A stretch of DNA of 63,099 nt, counting the filler, from Octopus bimaculoides (Eukaryota), in the NCBI RefSeq assembly GCF_001194135.2. It is 5 parts of 4 records of this genome, joined end to end, with 100 filler letters (N's around TTAATTAATTAA, not from the genome) between each part and the next. Parts side by side here need not be neighbours in the genome. Positions count along the whole stretch, not along the records: positions 47,599 to 63,099 come from NC_068990.1; 4 more parts are not named here. One strand, written 5' to 3'. Numbering within the stretch: the first letter of the stretch is position 1; each line of letters starts with the position of its first letter. Position numbers and translations under genes: made by a program. The notes below the pieces were generated by a model. That model searched no databases. It had not been told where the DNA came from and saw only the letters and a list, made by a program, of their open reading frames with translations. This document shows, one piece after another, positions 51,461 to 62,892 of this stretch.

Positions 51461-51899
51461 GAAAATAAATGGCTTTAAATGAACAGTCGACATAAAAAAT
51501 TTATTAAAACGCACGAAATGCTATGATATCGTGATTCACGAGACAGCAATATGAATATTATAACTTTATTCAAACCATATTTCAATGACTTTCAGCTTTT
51601 GTTCAAATATTGATAACAATTTAGCGCAAGATGCCATGACTTATGCACTTAAAGCAATTAATTTTACCTCAATATAAAAAAATTCTATTTCAGTAAATGT
51701 AATATCATAGGTTATACGTCAGACTAATATCATTAGTGTTACGAGAAATCGATATAATTGTTATTAGTATTATATCATAAAGTGCTGAGGCTTTGAATTC
51801 TTTTGTGCTAATTTTCCTGACGCCTTTATTGAAGCTATTCCATTAATGTGTTTTTTAACTACGTTTAGATCTCATTGGATAAAAATGGAGATGCGTTTT

Positions 51900-52310
51900 C
51901 TGGATGGAATGTGCAATGATGGAATGTAGAATTGTGGAATGGTGGCATGTGGATTGGTGGAATGTGGATTGGTAGAATGTGGATTGGTGCAATGGTGGAA
52001 TGTGCAATGTGCAATGTGCAATGGTGAAATGTGCAATGGGGAATGTGCATTGATGGAATGTGCAACGATAGAATGTGGAATGTGCAATGGTGGAATGTGG
52101 AATAGTGGAATGTGCAATGGTAGAATGTGCAATGATGGACTGTGCAATGGTGAACTTTTCAATGGTAGAATGTTGAATGATGGAATGTGGAATGGTGCAC
52201 TGTGCGATGGTGGACTGTACAATGATGGAATTTGCAATGATGGAATGTGCAATGATGACATGTGGAATGGTGGAATGCGGATTGGTGAAATGTAGAATGA
52301 TGAAATGCCG
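51900..52310. repeat. Degenerate TG(G/C)AATG-based minisatellite, about 15-bp period
   Basis: Units like tggaatgtgcaatg(a/g) repeated with variants. Confidence 0.9.
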
Positions 52311-52904
52311 AAAGTGGTTTCAGATGAACGAAAAATTTGAGAGTGAAAGATATCAACCATCTCTTCTAATCACATTATGTTGAGAGAAATTTAACTGTAT
52401 AAAGATATGTATGTTTGTTTGCCTTTTACTTACTGAGCCTGGAGGAAAGGGCAATGCTTATAACCTTTGGCGGTCGTCTGAGATCAATGAGCTCAATATC
52501 GCTAGTTTTCCGTTGAAACTGTTACAGGTAAACACCTGCAGAAAAGGCATGAGCATTAGACACTAATAAGTGGATATTCTGGAGGAGAAGGTCTAGGTAT
52601 ATTGGTTAGTGTGTAGCGAGGAGTGGACACAATAAGGATGACGAAAAGTGAAAAAGCATGTAGATCGGAGTCCCTGAGAGATGGAGGTACAAGACCAGCC
52701 AGGTCTGAAGAACAGAAACCAGTAGAATAGCGATAGAAAAGCCTGGGGAAAGACAGCAGGCCTGTGGACTAGAAGCTGGAGCGTATCTGTTAATGATTGA
52801 ATGCTAGTCAGTCGAGTAGCCCTTCCCTGGTTGCAGTCCCAGATTTTTGTGTGCGTAGTGGTAGCATCATCCCAGTTGTGGGAGCAGTACTCCCTTGCAT
52901 GGTT

Positions 52905-53150
52905 CGCTTCAGTTGTGGATCCGTGGAATGTTGGACTCATGATCGTAAGATTGCGGTTTCGATTCCTGGATCAGGCAACGCGTTGTGTTCTTGAGCAAAC
53001 CACTTCATTTTACGTTGTTCCAGTCCACTCAGTTGGCAAAAATTAGTATTCCTCCGGTGGATCGGCCTCTCGTCCAGGTGGGAAATTTATTCGCCATGAA
53101 AACTAGGAAACCGGCCGTTATGAGTCGACATGACTCGAGAAGGTAGCTTA
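52905..53150 (+). mobile_element. Degenerate tRNA-SINE
   Basis: ggtttcgattcc B box, ttgagcaaaccacttcattttacgttgttccagtccactcag core, tail shared with 13546. Confidence 0.7.
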
Positions 53151-53569
53151 ACTTCACTTTTATTTTTTCGTTTGAGCTGTTGTTGGAAGCCGAAATATTT
53201 TCTGCCTTGATTAGAAGGTCCAGACTATGTCAAGAAAGATCATCGGTGATAGTGAAGCTCAATATTTGGAGCGACCGTGAAAGACCTCCTAAGTGCCGTT
53301 CATATTTAGTGGGTATCGTGCCTGATATTTTCTTCATATGTGTAGCGAAAGGATGACACTACACATATATGAAGAAAACTTCACCTCATTGAAGGATGTT
53401 CTGAAAGCCCCCGTCCAAAGAATCAATGCAGGTTTTGTGTGAGTTGTCGAGGCTGTGTGTGAATGATGCATGGTTGGAGAACGTTAGAGATGAATGGAGG
53501 GTAAAATCTAATAAGAGTTATCTAATTTGAATTGTCTGAGGAGGCAACAATCATTTAGCTACGGTACAT

Positions 53570-53775
53570 GACTGGTCTATTTCAATCTACTTTTTATGCG
53601 ATGCACCTTAATGCTCGATCCTGGTTTCTTGATGCACGGCTTCTCAAGATCGGTGCAGAGGCAGATGGATGTGTACCCTAATGTTCCCGTAGTTACAGGT
53701 AAAAATCTAAAGTTACAACCTCGGTGGATCAGTTGCAGATTTCTCACTTCATCATAGTTTTCCACTGATCTTTAA
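53570..53775 (-). mobile_element. R4/Dong-like REL fragment
   Basis: VRNLQLIHRGCNFRFLPVTTGTLGY parallels LRNHQLLY...FIPIIIGALGF; starts at a (TACA)n tract. Confidence 0.65.
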
Positions 53776-53829
53776 ATTTTATCCTGAAAGTATTTGTATG
53801 TATGTATGTATGTATGTATGTACGCATGT

Positions 53830-54280
53830 ACGCATGTGTGTATGTCATTGTTCAGTTTTATTTTAAGATTTCTTGCCAATAGAGAAAGAGCCGGTTTCTA
53901 ACCAAGCTCTTTCATTGGAATTTCAACATCAACAACAGGGTATTTTTGTTTGTTTGTACGTACGTACGTACGTACGTATGTATGTATGTATGTATTATAT
54001 ATGCAGATTTGTATGTTTTGCTTTGTGTATGTATTCTCATGCATATAGTTGCATATCTAGGCATGCCCATATATATATTTAAATAATAAACTTCTGGAAA
54101 GTTTTACAGATTTTTACAGTTCCACTGATGGATTGGATCTGTAGTCTTCGAATTAGCTTTCTCCTTTCTGGTTTTGAGAAGCCAAATTTCTCAAGATTGG
54201 TATTTAGGCAGTGTGTTACATATCCCAGTGCCCCAATAATTACAGGTATAAACCTGAACTTGTAATCTAGATAGAGTAAC
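53830..54280 (-). mobile_element. R4/Dong-like 3' end with 3' UTR, bounded by (TACA)n
   Basis: QLLYLDYKFRFIPVIIGALGYVTHCLNTNLEKFGFSKPERRKLIRRLQIQSISGTVKICKTFQKF*; UTR gagc-ttggttagaaacc-ggctc stem. Confidence 0.85.
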
Positions 54281-55517
54281 TGTATGTACGTATGTATGTA
54301 TGTATGAATATCTGTATGCATGTGTGCATGCGTGCGTTTGTGTGTGCTTGTGAGTGCCTGCGCTTGTGTGTGTGCGCGCGCGTTTGCGTGCGTGTGTATG
54401 CATGTACGCATTCATGTAAACGTTTATGTATGCATTATCTTAATGGCATGTTTTACATTTTGCGAGAAAAGATTAATTATTGATAAGTATAACTACGAAT
54501 ATAACAGAGTAATGTACGAATATTATATACAAATCCTCTGTTGAAGAGAGGTTAGCTTTATTCAAGGAGGTGGAAAAGCAACTATCTATAACTTCCTTTC
54601 TGGCTCTCAGAGACTGATCGGAGGAACGGAAAAAGTTATTCTTAAACTCTGTTAAAGAAATCCTCAACCATATGGCATGGGTTAAACTGCGCGACAGATA
54701 AGTTTATCCCGAAAAGCAAGAAGTGGGATTCTCTCTGGCGGGCTTACAATTTACGTCTGCCTAATTTCACTCCCAGGTCGATGGCAGAAGACACTTGTCC
54801 AATGTGTCGTGTATTGCGATTGAATCGTAAGTCACATAGTTGTGAAGCAAACAGCTTAACCACACAGCTATGCTTACGTTTATTTTGAAATTAGAAATTT
54901 TATGATAGTTAAGCCATTCCCCTTCAACCGACAGCATTCCTTTGAATAAGCGTCGGATATGTGCTAACTAATGTGTTTGTCGCATCTATGTGCGCGTTTA
55001 CGTGTGTTTGCGTGTGTTTATATTTAAGTCTATGTGTGTAGGTGCGCTGTCATGTTATGTATTCATAGACCAAATGCGAACAGAAACTGGTTTTAAAAAG
55101 CTATTCTATTATTACAGTATCCTATTCTTAACGAGTAGGTTTCTGCTTTCAATGTGTTCCTCTATTTATTTAACCCACACAAAGGCGACTGGTACATAAA
55201 CCCAGTTGCCCTTAAGCTTAGATTGTTTTATCCCCTATAGTCAACATCCAGTCAGTAAAAGACGAGGTATGTAGCACGGATCACAACTACAATCAACCAG
55301 ATCTACCGTAAAATATAACAGGATATAATTTCTTTGAATGTATATTATATCTTTAAAAATAATAATACTATAGAAATTTCACGTTGAATTATTTTTTTTT
55401 TGCTTCCCGATATTATATGAAGTGGACAAAGGAAATAGTCCAGTGCTGACAAAGATTAAGATGATAGGGTGGAAGAAACTAAGAAGACCCGTACTAAATA
55501 TATCTTGTCCTACTTAC

Positions 55518-55558
55518 CGTTATTTCAGAGATCGGAACCTCGGTATGATTCAATGCAA
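55518..55558 (-). CDS. Candidate 41-nt exon (ALNHTEVPISEIT)
   Basis: Minus acceptor gcttattgctttag| and donor ACG|gtaagt; open frame; unverified. Confidence 0.2.
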
Positions 55559-56028
55559 CTAAAGCAATAAGCACGAATAATTCGATGGTGGTGGTAGTGG
55601 TGGTGGTGGTGGGAGGGGGTTGTATCAGTAGTGGGGNNNNNNNNNNGGGGGGTTTCCAAGTGGCAGTCGCACAGGTGTCACCTCAGATGGAGCGTATAAA
55701 TGATCAAAAAGTATTCCGTCCGTAACCATCCCGAATAGAAAGCTTGTTGATATTCTTTCTGGCTCTTGACATCATTCTATACAGTCGAAATCAACTTTAC
55801 CTTTCTTCCCTCCTGGGCCGATAAAGTAACAATTCTTTTACTTGAATCGTTTCTTCTCTCTCTTTCTCTCTGTCTCTCTTCCTCTTTATTTTTCTCTCCC
55901 TTCTTCTCTTTCTCTTTCTCTCTCTCTTCCTCACTTTCTTTTTTCTCTCACCCTCTTTCTCTCTATTTCCCCGTTCTTCCCGTCTTCCTTTCTATCTGTT
56001 TCATTGTCTCTCTCTCTCTTTTTAAAAG

Positions 56029-56137
56029 AAATCAGCAATGACGAGATCCAGGTTGAAAAGTATCCAAGACACGCCACATGTCACAACGATGCCGTTGTGA
56101 CTCCATCAAGAGTTGAGAAAACGAGAAACACGACAAG
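56029..56137 (+). CDS. Candidate exon (EISNDEIQVEKYPRHATCHNDAVVTPSRVEKTRNTT)
   Basis: Follows a long pyrimidine tract, aag| acceptor, AAG|gtatat donor; unverified. Confidence 0.2.
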
Positions 56138-57169
56138 GTATATCGTGCTTTTTGTTGGCATGTCTTTCAGATTGCAATAAGGTAGAGTGTGAATTGGCTA
56201 CTATTTTTAACAGCTTCACCGACCACATAGAGACTCTCCGCCATGCAGAAAGCAGAAAGCATTGACTGGGAGAAATGGGAGGATGTTGGCGCGACGGAGA
56301 AAATATGACCTTCATAAGTACTTCCATCTGGTGAATTCAATTATATCCGGCGTGAACCTTTCCAGATATTGTAAGCGGAACCAAGAGTAATGGAGGTGCA
56401 GGCAGGAAGATATCAGTTTTGCGTAGATAGTATCTGGGAAAAGTGGACTCTAGTTGTGACGCTGTAGTTATTGCTGTTATCTTCTTTCTTCTCTCTTTTT
56501 TTAGAGAGTAGAACCTCGGTTTTCGAACAACTCTGATTACGAATAAATCGTGCTTTATCTCCTGTCTTTCTCATATTCATTTAATACACTAATACCTCGG
56601 ATTACGAACACCTCGTTTTTTTTTATTACCGACAAGGGGCTAAATATAGAGGTTTATACAGCACAGAAGACAATACAAAACATAAAATTGGCGAAATAAA
56701 AATACAAAAAAGAAATCGAGCAAAGAAGAAAAACTAAAAGAAACGAATAAAATTATGAATAGTGAAAAAATGAAGCGTAATGCCCACTCGACCCCTAAAG
56801 TCGAATGGTTACATTTACAAATGATTTTGGAGTTTTTCCTCTTTTTTTCATTTTTTTTTTTTTTTTCAAAACAAAATGTCCACATTTTCATCGTCGTTAT
56901 TTTTTATATATTGTTCTTAATTATATCTTCATTCTTCTCAATTCTTCATATTCCACTACGGGCGTCGGAGCATCACACAACCACAGCCTGTCAATCATAC
57001 ACATCAGTCCACCGTATGTATCCGTAAATCCTTCATATCTTTCTTTATTCACCAGAATTCCTCTATCATTTTCGTTAAATTTCTCTCTAGGCAGCTTCAC
57101 CCTCACCAATCTATTATACTCTATATAGATGGTATTTGGATTTTGTAAAAAAAACGTCGACAATATAGG

Positions 57170-57302
57170 GGTCGAGTCATTATTACGTGGTAAAGAAGCT
57201 TGCTTTTGAACCACGTGATTTTGGGTTCAGACCCGCTCTGTGTCACTTTGTGCAAGGGTCTTCTGCTATAGCCCCAAACCCACCAATTTAGTAGACGGTA
57301 AC

Positions 57303-57368
<66 letters not shown>

Positions 57369-57430
57369 TTCGCGTTTTTGCTTTCCTCCACCACCGCTTG
57401 TTGGTTGCTTACGTCCCCGTAACATAGTGA
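57170..57430 (+). mobile_element. Degenerate SINE family B with internal (TG)n
   Basis: gtggtaaagaagcttgc...gggttcagaccc...tttagtagacggtaac(tg)n...ccaccaccgcttg. Confidence 0.7.
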
Positions 57431-58134
57431 TAGAATAAGTACAATATTAGGGTCGAATTGTACTTTGGCCAGAATCTTCTCTGCGATGGAATGTGGGGGA
57501 AATTCCACATTGGTTGTCAAAAACCTAGCAGTTTCCTTTACGTTTGTAAAGACGTTTGCACACTAAATGTCTTGAAGAACAATCTCATGCTCTCAAATGA
57601 GTTGGCAGAGTTCGTGTGGTTAATCCACATTCCTTATAGATTTCAGCTGAAATAGAGCCAAGTGGTTTGCTGGTGAATACTAGACCTATTGCTTTCTGTA
57701 ATTCTCATAATCTCACAATGATACACTACCCCTACTCACGAACGGCACATAACTAAACTCACTCCCTGGCCCTCGTCTGAATGGCAATTTTCTTTATCAA
57801 GATATTTCCGTGAGTTGATGTGTCTTCCATCATTTAGTACGTTAGTTTATTTCAAATCTCAACAAAAATATCCAACTGGCAGTTTTCACTGTTCAAATAA
57901 GTATTTTTCCATTTTTTCTTTTTTGTCGTCGTCATTCCTAATATTTGTTGTTGTTGCTAATATCCGCGTGTGAGTGTATGTGTGCACGTACCATTAGTAG
58001 GTGATTAGGAAGAAGAATGTATATTATCCCTCTTTATTCAGTCCACAAATTCAGTCAGAGTGGATGGAGCGTATTAAAAATCAGTTATTTGGATAAATTC
58101 ACAGTAAAACTTCTGTACAGCGCTTCACCCTCAC

Positions 58135-58184
58135 CATTGTGTCGTGTTCACTCCAGTCTAGACTGGAGTGAACACGACACAATG
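58135..58184. repeat. Perfect 50-bp palindrome
   Basis: cattgtgtcgtgttcactccagtct|agactggagtgaacacgacacaatg; 25-bp arms, no spacer. Confidence 0.97.
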
Positions 58185-58189
58185 AAGTA

Positions 58190-58228
58190 GAGAAATTTGA
58201 AAAGACAACACGAAACCGGTTATTTCTC
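58190..58228 (+). ncRNA. Minimal hammerhead motif, U3-A8 core variant
   Basis: gagaaat TTGAAAA gacaacac GAAA ccgg TT atttctc; perfect 7-bp stem I and palindromic AACCGGTT stem III; stem II minimal. Confidence 0.65.
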
Positions 58229-58415
58229 AAAATACAATGTTTATATACCAAAAAGATTTTATAACATTTTTCTAACATTTTTCTGACATAATTTAAATAT
58301 ATACTTTAACCAAGTAACACAAGCCTTCTGTAGTTTTTTCACTCTTATTATCTTTTATACATCCAACCACGTGCTTTCACATACCAACTTTCTCACCTAT
58401 ATATATATATATATA

Positions 58416-58578
58416 CGACGGGCTTCTTTCAGTTTCCGTCTACCAAATCCACTCACAAGGTTTTGGTCGGCCCGAGGCTATAGTAGAAGACACTTGCCCA
58501 AGGTGCCACACAGTGGGACTGAACCCGGAACCATGTGGTTGGTGAGCAAGCTACTTACCACACAGCCACTCCTTCACC
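58416..58578 (-). mobile_element. SINE family B 5' half between (TA)n tracts
   Basis: Close reverse-complement match to 61051-61215. Confidence 0.9.
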
Positions 58579-59263
58579 TATATATATATATATATATAGT
58601 GGGGATCAGTGTCTGTGTTTATGTACATAGATAGGTTTAAGGTTTAAGGTGCGTATTGTGTGTCTCGCTGCAAGCATCATAATCCTTGTGAGATTAGGTA
58701 TAACGCATTTAAATAGGAGCCGAATTAGCAGAAATTTTTAAACATCGGATAGACTGCCTTGTGGTACTTATCCTGACTATCTGTGCTCCGAGTTCAAATA
58801 ACATTGAGGTCAATACTGAGGGTCATCCTTTCAGGATAAATGAAATAAAGCAAAAGAATATCTATCCAGGCTGATGAATTGGAGAAACTGTAATATGCAA
58901 TGTTTGTTCTGACTCATTGCGTTCCAAGTCCAGTCTTACTGTGACCTACTTGGGCAGTAGATTTATTTGCTCACCTAGTTTCCACAACATTTATTACAAA
59001 ATAGCCATTAACTAAATTCTTTATTTCCCCGGGTAACATTCGACCAATCAAATTTGGGGTTACATCCTGAAACAGAAATGCAAACCAGTTTTCATTTACC
59101 ACCATTTCAGCGATTGACAATTAACGCCGCTGGCAATATTGTCTTTGTAGACACAAGTATAATGAATGTTTGTGTAAAGCAACTCACCGAATTAACGAGA
59201 TTTAATTTAGAGAAGCAGTAACATCTTTATTGTCAGTTCTTAACCACTACGCCGTATGCCCAC

Positions 59264-59510
59264 GGGCATACGGCGTAGTGCTTAAGAGCGCGGGCTACTA
59301 ACTCCAAGATTCCGAGTTCGATTCCAGGCAGTGACCTGAATAATAATAATAAGAAGAAGATCGAAAAATACCTTAGGAATGAGAACCCAGGTTCGAAATT
59401 TCCCCAAGACACCTGATGAAGGCTGGAGGGTATATCAGCCGAAACGTTGTGCTAGCAACAAACAAGATGAGGACAAATATCCGTCAAATGTAAATAATAT
59501 AAATAATGTA
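59264..59510 (+). mobile_element. tRNA-headed SINE-like element carrying a hammerhead motif
   Basis: A box ggcgtagtg(c)ttaag, B box gagttcgattcc, (AAT)n linker, HHR, tail aatgtaaataatataaataatgta. Confidence 0.8.
59408..59453 (+). ncRNA. Minimal type I hammerhead motif
   Basis: gacac CTGATGA a ggctg-gagggtatat-cagcc GAAA cg TT gtgct; perfect 5-bp stem II and palindromic AACGTT stem III; one mismatch in stem I. Confidence 0.75.
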
Positions 59511-61050
59511 ACTAATCTTTATTGTCGTATGAAATTGAAACTATTCAAAGCAATCCAATCTGTACTGAATCAAACCGTTTATTTCTGAGAAATCAGCAGT
59601 TGAGTGTTTCATAAACATTTTACAAACTGTTATACTGTTTATATAAATCATGAATGTCTGAATTCAACGGTTCATATATTTTTCTATTGTTATTCTACTG
59701 TATCCATGACTCAGTAAACTGAACTATAAGCAGCACATCATAATATAATTTTGTAGTTGTAAGCTATAGTATTATACGGGTATTTCGTTGGATAAAAGTG
59801 TACTCAACTTCATTTTCTTCCGAGACGAAGAAAACTGAGTTTTAGACCAACAACCCATCCTCGAAAACCCCGAGAAGCTGTATAGAATTGTGTATAGAAT
59901 TTATTAGCGTCTTCTTTGACTGCATGATATAAATTACAAAATTTAAAACATTCAAAGAATACGCACTAAAATATTCATACATAAATCTAATCACAGAAAA
60001 TTACTGATGAAAAGTGTTACCTCCTTCGCATACTGCTAATTAAAAGAAATTCTGTACTAATTTGTAATGTACAGAATAAGTAATCTCGATTTTTGTGTCC
60101 TTTTGTAAATTTTTGTTACTGCATGAACAGTCACCCACTAGACATTCAGATATATTTACAACACAACTAATACAAACATCAAAATTATATATTCGCAAAT
60201 ACAACTTCAGCATCAGTAATTTCATTATCACTTAACACTGAGTTCATGGGTGAAGAAAAATGGCCATTGTTGCAATCAGATCTATTCCACATTACCTGCC
60301 TTCCCTGTATTTCCCTGCCTGCAAATAAAAAAGGACACGATATAATGACAGCTTGAAGGTTTTTTGTTACAAAAATATACTCAATAGTGACTAACTTTGA
60401 ACTACTCAACAACTGATATACAAATTATTTATTCGCTTCTTGGAAAACTGATGCCTTTCCTTACCAAAAAGAGCAGTAATTTTTTCCAACTATCAAATAG
60501 TGTTTCCAGGTATTCACCATGGCTGTGGACAGCAGTTGGAACTGTTCTACATAACAACAGCCATTTTATATAATCCCAGAGTTTAATAATTCGCGGACAC
60601 TGAACGACTGCTAAGTAGACAGCAGTTTTGTCGTTCTAAAATTAATCCCAAGACAGAAGGGCTCTCCGGTAATTCAACCAGGTTAATAAATTTTGGAAAT
60701 TACTCATATTTGACATAAAAGTCCTTCAGAAAATACTATTCAGCTTATATCTATTGGCGCTCGAAGCCTTCCCTCCTACTCAAATACCCTCACAAATTTC
60801 AAGTTGATCATTCTCCCCGACTCGATTGTTCAACCCATTTCTGAGTGATAAGTGAGACTGGCCCTTTCATTTACTGATTCTTCCCAATTCCTAACAATCT
60901 GGAGATCTGAACCGACTCAGACACTGAGCTTATTAAATCAGACCCACAGTCTAGTGAAAAACACTAACTGCTAGTCACTTCCTTATTCAGATACCGATTT
61001 GCAAACCCATTAATTTTTCCAGATTAATCTATACATTAATCACTACTATA

Positions 61051-61213
61051 GGCGCAAGAGTGGCTGTGTGGTAAGTAGCTTGCTCACCAACCACATGGTT
61101 CCGGGTTCATTCCCACTGCGTGGCACCTTGGGCAAGTGTCTTTTACTATAGCTTCGGGCCGACCAAAGCCTTGTGAGTGGATTTGGTAGACGGAAGCTGA
61201 AAGAAGCCCGTCG

Positions 61214-61277
<64 letters not shown>

Positions 61278-61478
61278 TGTGTCTGTCCCCCCAACATCGC
61301 TTGACAACCGATGGCGGTGTGTTTAGATCCCTGTAACTTAGCGGTTCGGCAAAAGAGACCGATAGAATAAGTACTAGGCATCCAAAGAATAAGTCCTGGG
61401 GTCGATTTGCTCGACTAAAGGTGATGCTCCAGCATGGCCGCAGTCAAATGACTGAAACAAGTAAAAGAGTAAAAGAGT
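61051..61478 (+). mobile_element. Full-length tRNA-derived SINE family B with internal (TG)n
   Basis: ggcgcaagagtggctgtgtggtaag head, gggttcattccc B box, internal tatatat(gt)n, tail gaaacaagtaaaagagtaaaagag. Confidence 0.92.
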
Positions 61479-62473
61479 ACCTGGTGTATCATTCTGGTGA
61501 GCCTTGGCAACATCACGCGAATATTCAGGCGCTGGTTTCTTGTGCCACAGTTTAAGCATTATACCATTCAGAACATCAACTTCCGCAATGAAACTTTAGA
61601 TATACAAAAGCGATGAAAGGAATAGATACCCCTATCGGAATGGGTGCGGCATGCTAAAGAGTTCGAACGGATTACCATTTACTTTGGTCATCAAGCAGAT
61701 GTCTCTAAATACGAGACTGCAACCGGTTATTCAGAATCAGGTATGTTCTATTGTGGGAAATTTAATTTATTGCTTGCATAGTACCTTTTTATTCTTTTAC
61801 TTCTTTTACAGTTATCTGACTCACGGCTCTATTTTTGTCACCTTGTTACATCATTCCGATTAACCTTTAACTGAACAGCCTTGATAGTTAAGTCTCCAAG
61901 TGCGACAAACTCATTTATTATATAAACACAGCAAGAAAGATAGGGAAGTTTTATTGATAAGATTACGTTACCAAGCAGCGTCGATTCAAAATCTCGAGGG
62001 AGAAACAAATTTTAATGTGATAGGATAAGCAATTTTCAAGTTTCAACAAGATCTAATACAAGCTTCGACGGTTTCTACTTTCCAAAGAAATGTATGAACA
62101 TGTGTTTGTAACATGAAAGCCTTCTGGAAAGCAATCGAATTTTACCTGTTTATCATAATTTACCTTATTTTCGTGACAAGATTTTTACATCCTTTCTTTT
62201 TTGAAGTGCTGCGTTAAGATGCATTTTTTTTCTAGCTACGGAAAGATAGTGCTGTTTTGTTCTATTTATCTAAGGTGTGATTCGTTTGTCGATTGACTAC
62301 CTAGCATCCTTAATATTTCACGTCTACATGTTTTAATTCCCACTCTAGCATGATAAAGCTGTGAATTTTTTAGGGCGTAAAGTTAAAAATCGGCTCCTGA
62401 AGTTGCTATCTTTCAAACCGATATTTTTTCTGGGGTTTTTTTTTTCATTCAAGTGTTACTATTGAGCTGTATA

Positions 62474-62518
62474 CGCACGGACCCGGGTTTCTGAGTATTT
62501 ACCCTTCGTCAGCGCACG
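62474..62518 (-). ncRNA. Minimal hammerhead motif
   Basis: Minus: cgtgcg CTGACGA a gggta-aa-tactc a GAAA cccggg TC cgtgcg; GUC triplet, palindromic CCCGGG, stem I with two G-U pairs. Confidence 0.7.
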
Positions 62519-62616
62519 ACAATCACCGATCTTCGATGCGAAGGGGTCCCAATGCAAATGCATATATCCTTTTTTCAGTGACTTTTCGTCACTGATCTCG
62601 AAAAAGTGTAAACAAA

Positions 62617-62892
62617 CAATAATAAATCTCTGAACGAGGTATAAACAGTAGCTGCACGACTAAGTGAAGTATATTTGCCACCTAAATGCGGCTAACCACT
62701 AAAGGTGTTTGCTACTTTGCAAATACTGATAGGGCAGAGAAAGTGTGTTAATAGCCAGCTGGAGGAGATGTTCTCCTGGGGCTACAAACTACAGTAGCAT
62801 TCACCCTTAGTGGTTAGCCGCATTTAAGTGGCAAATATACTTCACGTTATCGTGCAGTTACTGTTTATACCTCGTTTAGAGATTTATTATTG
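62617..62892. mobile_element. Foldback element with 100-bp imperfect inverted arms
   Basis: 62617-62716 pairs with 62793-62892 (about ten mismatches by eye); 76-bp spacer. Confidence 0.88.

Noticed and set aside
51872-52383. Cys/Met/Gly-rich ORFs (CNGGMWN repeats) suggesting a reflectin- or metallothionein-like protein
   Set aside because: They are translations of a minisatellite that is open in several frames on both strands; no reflectin motif or splice signals.
53860-53925. ccaatga...gaaaccgg in the R4-like 3' UTR as a hammerhead
   Set aside because: The core is not CUGANGA and the homologous copy at 16110-16150 keeps only a gagcc/ggctc stem; better read as a LINE 3' stem-loop.
58866-58900. 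CTGATGA attgga GAAA motif
   Set aside because: No stem I or stem II pairing; chance match.
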